NCBI GenBank assembly: GCA_963752255.1 | Contig: CAVVXT010000019.1 | Span: forward strand, 480,001-544,000 | Reading direction: 5' to 3' | DNA from: Nitrososphaeria archaeon | GTDB taxonomy: Archaea > Thermoproteota > Nitrososphaeria > JACIWG01 | Length of the DNA: 64,000 bases | In this document: in pieces, positions 59,841-64,000 of the stretch | How the letters are laid out: every line of letters starts with the position of its first letter | Position numbering within the stretch: the first letter of the stretch is position 1 | Made by a program: the position numbers and the translations under genes | Notes under the pieces: model-generated | The model's database searches: none | Told to the model about the DNA's origin: nothing | The model's input: only the letters and a program-made list of their open reading frames with translations

Positions 59841-59881
59841 TAATCTACTGGTAGATTAATGCGCGAATCCCACCCCCCGCA
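59841..59881 (+). other. att-like scar: palindrome plus tRNA-Leu-like 3' end fragment
   Basis: taatctac-tg-gtagatta (59841-59858), then cgaat-cccac-cccccgc-a (59864-59881). Confidence 0.6.
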
Positions 59882-59943
59882 CTAATAGACCGAACATGCG
59901 ATCTCATCTTCAAATAAAACTTTTAGGAAGCCACCGTCCGGCA

Positions 59944-60294
59944 TCAGATCACTGCAACAATCTCGTTGTAGAGTTTAACAAGGATCCTTCCCGTCGCCTC
60001 GAACAGCCGCCACTTATGCTTCCTCGCCTCAACTACTTGGCTTCTGTGTTCGGCGTTAACTCTCCCCCTTATAGCTAGAGCGTTGAAGGCCACATTCTTT
60101 GGCAGTAGACGGCCTTTGTACCAGACTAGTCCAGTTTCTCCGAATGTGTCATGGGACGATTGAGCGAACCGCCTCTCCTGCTCTCTCTTAGCAGGGCTCT
60201 TCAATGCAGGGTTCTTGTAGTCTTTGCGCTGCCTTCTAAAGTAGGTTTTACCGTTCTTTTTCTTAACAAGTATAAGGTCGTCGCTTACCTTCAT
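59944..60294 (-). CDS. basic hypothetical protein, probable nucleic-acid binding (MGE-type)
   Basis: K/R-rich; last gene of a tightly packed small-ORF operon. Confidence 0.55.
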   Translation of the reverse strand: MKVSDDLILVKKKNGKTYFRRQRKDYKNPALKSPAKREQERRFAQSSHDTFGETGLVWYKGRLLPKNVAFNALAIRGRVNAEHRSQVVEARKHKWRLFEATGRILVKLYNEIVAVI

Positions 60295-60331
60295 TTAAGG
60301 TCGCCTTCCCAGAAACAAACCTCTTTCCACA

Positions 60332-60505
60332 CTACTTGGCGCATTCCATTTTGACCAGCTTCAGCCAGACATCCATCTTAGCCAAAAACTCCTCCACGTT
60401 TAGCATATCCTTCTCGGTTAATATCAGCTCCCTCAATTTAGAATCTTTCGGTAGGCCTTCTACAGCAAAGACCTTTAACCTCGCTATGTCAACAGTTTTA
60501 GCCAT
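60332..60505 (-). CDS. small MGE-associated hypothetical protein
   Basis: MAKTVDIARLK...EEFLAKMDVWLKL; GGTGA RBS; overlaps the upstream ORF stop. Confidence 0.6.
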   Translation of the reverse strand: MAKTVDIARLKVFAVEGLPKDSKLRELILTEKDMLNVEEFLAKMDVWLKLVKMECAK

Positions 60506-60692
60506 TACGTTCACCTAGTTCCTTCGATAACTGTGTTGTCAATAGGTCGACAACCTCTTTTAGCAGATTTTGGCTGGGTTCTTCTGCCAGAAACACGCTT
60601 TTGCTGAACACCGGCTTATGCTTAACCCCCTTTGTTAGGGGGTTCCAATAATATTTTATTATGCGGATCAAATAATGTGGCATCGGTTGCAT
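60498..60692 (-). CDS. small hypothetical protein
   Basis: Tightly coupled within the operon; AGGGG RBS. Confidence 0.45.
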   Translation of the reverse strand: MQPMPHYLIRIIKYYWNPLTKGVKHKPVFSKSVFLAEEPSQNLLKEVVDLLTTQLSKELGERNG

Positions 60693-60698
60693 CCCCTT

Positions 60699-60866
60699 TT
60701 ACCTTTGTATAGCCTTCCTAACCTTCTGTGAATAGATTTCTAATTCAAGGCGGCACGATACTATATCCCTCCCAAGTGTTTTTATCTTATCTAACAGCTT
60801 TGCCAAAATTTCTTCTTCATTTCTAGGATATATAGTATCGCCTTTTGTCAATTTTATCAAAGACAT
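60699..60866 (-). CDS. small hypothetical protein (55 aa), first gene of the operon
   Basis: MSLIKLTKGDTIYPRNEEEIL...KAIQR*; TATA-like box ~20 nt upstream (leaderless); not in the ORF track. Confidence 0.45.
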   Translation of the reverse strand: MSLIKLTKGDTIYPRNEEEILAKLLDKIKTLGRDIVSCRLELEIYSQKVRKAIQR

Positions 60867-60977
60867 TCTAAAAAATGTATGTATATAAACCTTTGTCGTT
60901 TCATTTTTGTCGCTTATGTTTTTAAAGAGAAATATTTAATAATAAATTCTTAATATACGTCATCTGGTTGCGACAAA

Positions 60978-61919
60978 ATGATATGGGAACAAGCTCTAAA
61001 ATTGATCGTATCAAACGTTAGAACGCGCGGGGAAATGGAGCACGACGAGCTAGTAGATGTTCTTATGAAGGAAATCAAGGGAAAAAAGGGCCTTAAAAGA
61101 ACTGTTGAGAGATGCCTAAAAACCCTTGTCGAAGCAGGGATTCTAGTAAAGGAGGAAAGAGGTGTCTACAAATGGTTCGAATCGGTTGAAATGTTCGCTA
61201 CGGCTGAGAAGTATGAAGCTGCGTTGGAGCACAGCAAGAACCTGGTGGCAGGCTTCATATCACTATCTCACAATTATGGGGGAACACTTGAAGAATACGT
61301 TCCACCCAGCATTTTAAGAGAGTATGTTGGGGAGGATAAGCATGACATAATATCGTCTAATCTACGGTTCAGCTCCGGCTACATGATGCAGACCAAACCG
61401 TATGCGATATCTCATCTGCAAGCCTATCTTATGGAAAAGAAGAAGGTGGATGAAGCCGTGTCACTTATGGCCGAAAGAGCGGGGAAGGAGAAACTCTTAA
61501 AAGAAGAAGCCAAGCGTATGATAAGAGAAAGATTTGATGAAGGAAAAGTTCCAGAAGATTTACTTGAGAATCCAGTGATACTGGTTTCTGTTGAGATTGA
61601 GGGAAAGCTCAGGGGATATAAGTCTGAAGAGCTTGATAAGCAAATCGACACTTCAAGTTCTGACTATGACTACTTACTTGGTAGGGGGATCTCCGCCAAG
61701 GGGTACGGAGAAGAGGTCCGGAGTTTCTTGAAAGAGCTGAGAAATGATGAAAAATTGAGGACGACGTGTGATGAAAAGATTGTTGCAGAGTCAAAGTATT
61801 ATGACGCAAAAAAGTTAGCTGATGAAGTGTTGTCAAAGGTCGTATTGAAGATAGCTTCAGGCGAGCCTTTAAAGGGCAAGTGCGAGATCTGCTTGGGACT
61901 AACGACATTAATGAAGTAA
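60978..61919 (+). CDS. wHTH DNA-binding protein with helical C-terminal domain and CxxC
   Basis: RTVERCLKTLVEAGILVKEERGVY; ends LKGKCEIC. Confidence 0.7.
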   Translation: MIWEQALKLIVSNVRTRGEMEHDELVDVLMKEIKGKKGLKRTVERCLKTLVEAGILVKEERGVYKWFESVEMFATAEKYEAALEHSKNLVAGFISLSHNYGGTLEEYVPPSILREYVGEDKHDIISSNLRFSSGYMMQTKPYAISHLQAYLMEKKKVDEAVSLMAERAGKEKLLKEEAKRMIRERFDEGKVPEDLLENPVILVSVEIEGKLRGYKSEELDKQIDTSSSDYDYLLGRGISAKGYGEEVRSFLKELRNDEKLRTTCDEKIVAESKYYDAKKLADEVLSKVVLKIASGEPLKGKCEICLGLTTLMK

Positions 61920-62208
61920 GCTAACTCCGAAATCTTGGGCTTTGTGAAATCATAACCATGTAAATGGAAAATTCGATCTAAATTATACACTGATTAAAAG
62001 ATAATGGAAACCCCTAAGAGTTATCAGAACCGATATAATGATTAAAGAAATGGGAATAGTTACTATAATCGCAGCAATAATCAGCATTTGGAGGAGTATA
62101 TTACAGTAAGGAATTGAAGGTATTCCACGACATGAAAAGTCAATCAACAACTTTACAGCACTTTAGCTCATATCATATTTATAAGAGAATTATTGATTAG
62201 GATGAATA

Positions 62209-64000
62209 ATGAGAATAACATCGTTTGAAGCAGAGAACATCCTCTCATTTTCAGAGTTCAAACTAACAAACTTGAACAAGGATTTGAACATTATAGTTGG
62301 TCCCAATAATTGTGGCAAAACCAATTTCTTTAGAGTACTAAAAATAATCAGTGAGCTTAGCAAATCACCTTTCAACTCGAAGAAGGAGTGGGACGTGTTC
62401 ACGCGAGATAAGAAATCTAATAAAAGTTTCACAGTTAAAGTGGGTTTAGAATTCAACGAAAAAGAAGTGTCTTCAATCCAAAAACTTTTAGAATTATGTA
62501 TCCGATATAACTTCTTAAGACTTGATGTTCATTTTCTCGAGAATACTGAGATAAATCGTTATATTAGAAAGCTATTTTCTAACGAATCTTCGGTTCAACA
62601 GCTTACCAAATCTATAGATCCAAATAACGAAAAAAATCTTGAGATATTTAGAACCATAAAGTCTTTTGCCATTGGTCATGCAGAAAAAATTGCAAAGGCA
62701 GTATGCGACAGCATCTCAAAAGGAACTATTGTACTGCGTTATGAGGGTCCTCCAAATTGGAGACCAGAACTCTCTTACGACTTTAGAATAGACAACAAAA
62801 GAATTGCAAAAATATTCCAACGACAAAATTTCATTTCCAGCGAGAGCACACTATACCCCCAAGAGATTTCTATTGCTTTTGGAAACTATATAGGGCAAAT
62901 TTTGACAGACAAGAACACAACTCCAGAAAAATTGTCTTCAACGTTGAACGAAGATGTAGAAACTGACGCGTTCTTAAAATATGCTTTTGACCACGGAGGC
63001 TTAGGAAAAATCGAGATTTCGTCTTCTGATTTAAACACCGCTGGAACAAACTATGAAAAGGCAATGGCTGAACTATACGAGATAATCTTTTCACTTGAAG
63101 GAGAATTCACCGATGCTGGCAACTTCTATTTAGGACGATCCTTTTTCAAGATGATTCCAAGCCACATAATCTTTACTGATGAGCTAAGGATCAGACCACG
63201 CGGAGAAGTGGCGAATCTGGAAATGCTTGGTCATAAAGGGGATGAATTACTAAAATTAGAGGATCTAAGCGTTTTATTACTAAACCTAAGGAATAGTGAG
63301 GATCCAGAATGACCGAAAAAGGTATCAAGAAGTCAAAGATAGTTTTTCTAAATTATTTGATAGCGAATTTGATGTAACTTTAGGTCAAAGAGTTGAGGAG
63401 GATAAGGGTCAAACACCTGATCGTACTCCAAAATACAAGCATTTTGCTAATATAGTCGTTAGAGCAAAAGGTTCAGATAGGTGGATTCCTCTTGAATATT
63501 CTGGTTCTGGAATTTTTGAAGCCCTTTACCTGCTAACGCATGTTTTAGGGTGGTCTGACAGAGTGATATTGATTGATGAACCAGCTTCACATCTTCATCC
63601 TACAAAACAGAAAGATTTTCTGACAAAACTTGGAGAATTGATCCATGAAGGAAGCAATCCAGAGAAAGTCAAGAACCAAGTATTCATTATTACGCATTCT
63701 CCCTATTTTGTTGGTCAAAGATATCTTTTCAACATTCTACGATTTCAACTTGAACAAAAAGGGACAGTACCCTACAGATTTGAACTTGAAGACATGGATT
63801 CAAGAAAAAAGATCGAAAAAGAAATCGAGCAGAATCCTAAGGTGAAATTAGTACCATTCTCCAGATTTGTGATACTTACTGAAGGAGATGATGAAGAAGT
63901 GCTTTTGCCAATATGGTTTGGAAAGCGGGGTCTAGATCTTGATGAAAAGAACATTCACTTATACACTGTTGGCGGTGAAAAGAGTTTTGAAAAACATGTT
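62209..64000 (+). pseudogene. OLD-family ATP-dependent nuclease (ABC ATPase plus TOPRIM), +1 frameshift near 63307; runs off the window
   Basis: GPNNCGKT; in the +1 frame SGSG, ILIDEPASHLHP, ITHSP, VILTEGDDE, VGG. Confidence 0.85.

Larger units (their letters stand above)
45976..64000. mobile_element. composite integrative island at tRNA-Arg(UCG); right end not seen in the window
   Basis: Integrase directly behind the tRNA; abrupt switch to orphan, defence and pseudogene content. Confidence 0.7.

Overview
Archaeal genomic window, most likely a TACK/Thermoproteota lineage (inferred from the Hel308-MCM-GINS-RFC cluster, CCA-less tRNAs and TTG/GTG starts). It has three zones. (1) About 1-29 kb is an accessory region: transporters, oxidoreductases, Thr-rich surface proteins, a G1 peptidase, a DUF1537 kinase/PdxA2 pair and kdpABC, interspersed with integration scars. 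(2) About 29-46 kb is core genome: asnB-like, frameshifted purB, hel308, mcm, GINS, rfcS, hisS, tRNA-Gln, glycosylation genes, mtnA and tRNA-Arg. (3) From 46 kb to the window end is a composite island that begins with a tyrosine integrase right behind tRNA-Arg(UCG). It carries defence-like relics, membrane-anchored regulators, modular surface proteins and a frameshifted OLD nuclease. The strongest novel signal is a 1938-bp element at 8127-10064 with GGGG-starting ~36-bp imperfect TIRs and an exact 14-bp target-site duplication that begins in the last 4 nt of a tRNA 3' fragment. It also holds a possible casposon-PolB C-terminal relic and one cargo gene for a putative caspase-fold protease, making it a candidate non-autonomous mini-casposon. 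Other notable signals are a recurring 40-bp att-like palindrome, a shared TTCTAAAATTAGAA operator in front of two distant paralogous surface-protein cassettes, a perfect 116-bp promoter duplication near kdp, and a diverged inverted repeat bracketing 9 kb of island cargo. All family assignments come from motif recognition; no searches were run.
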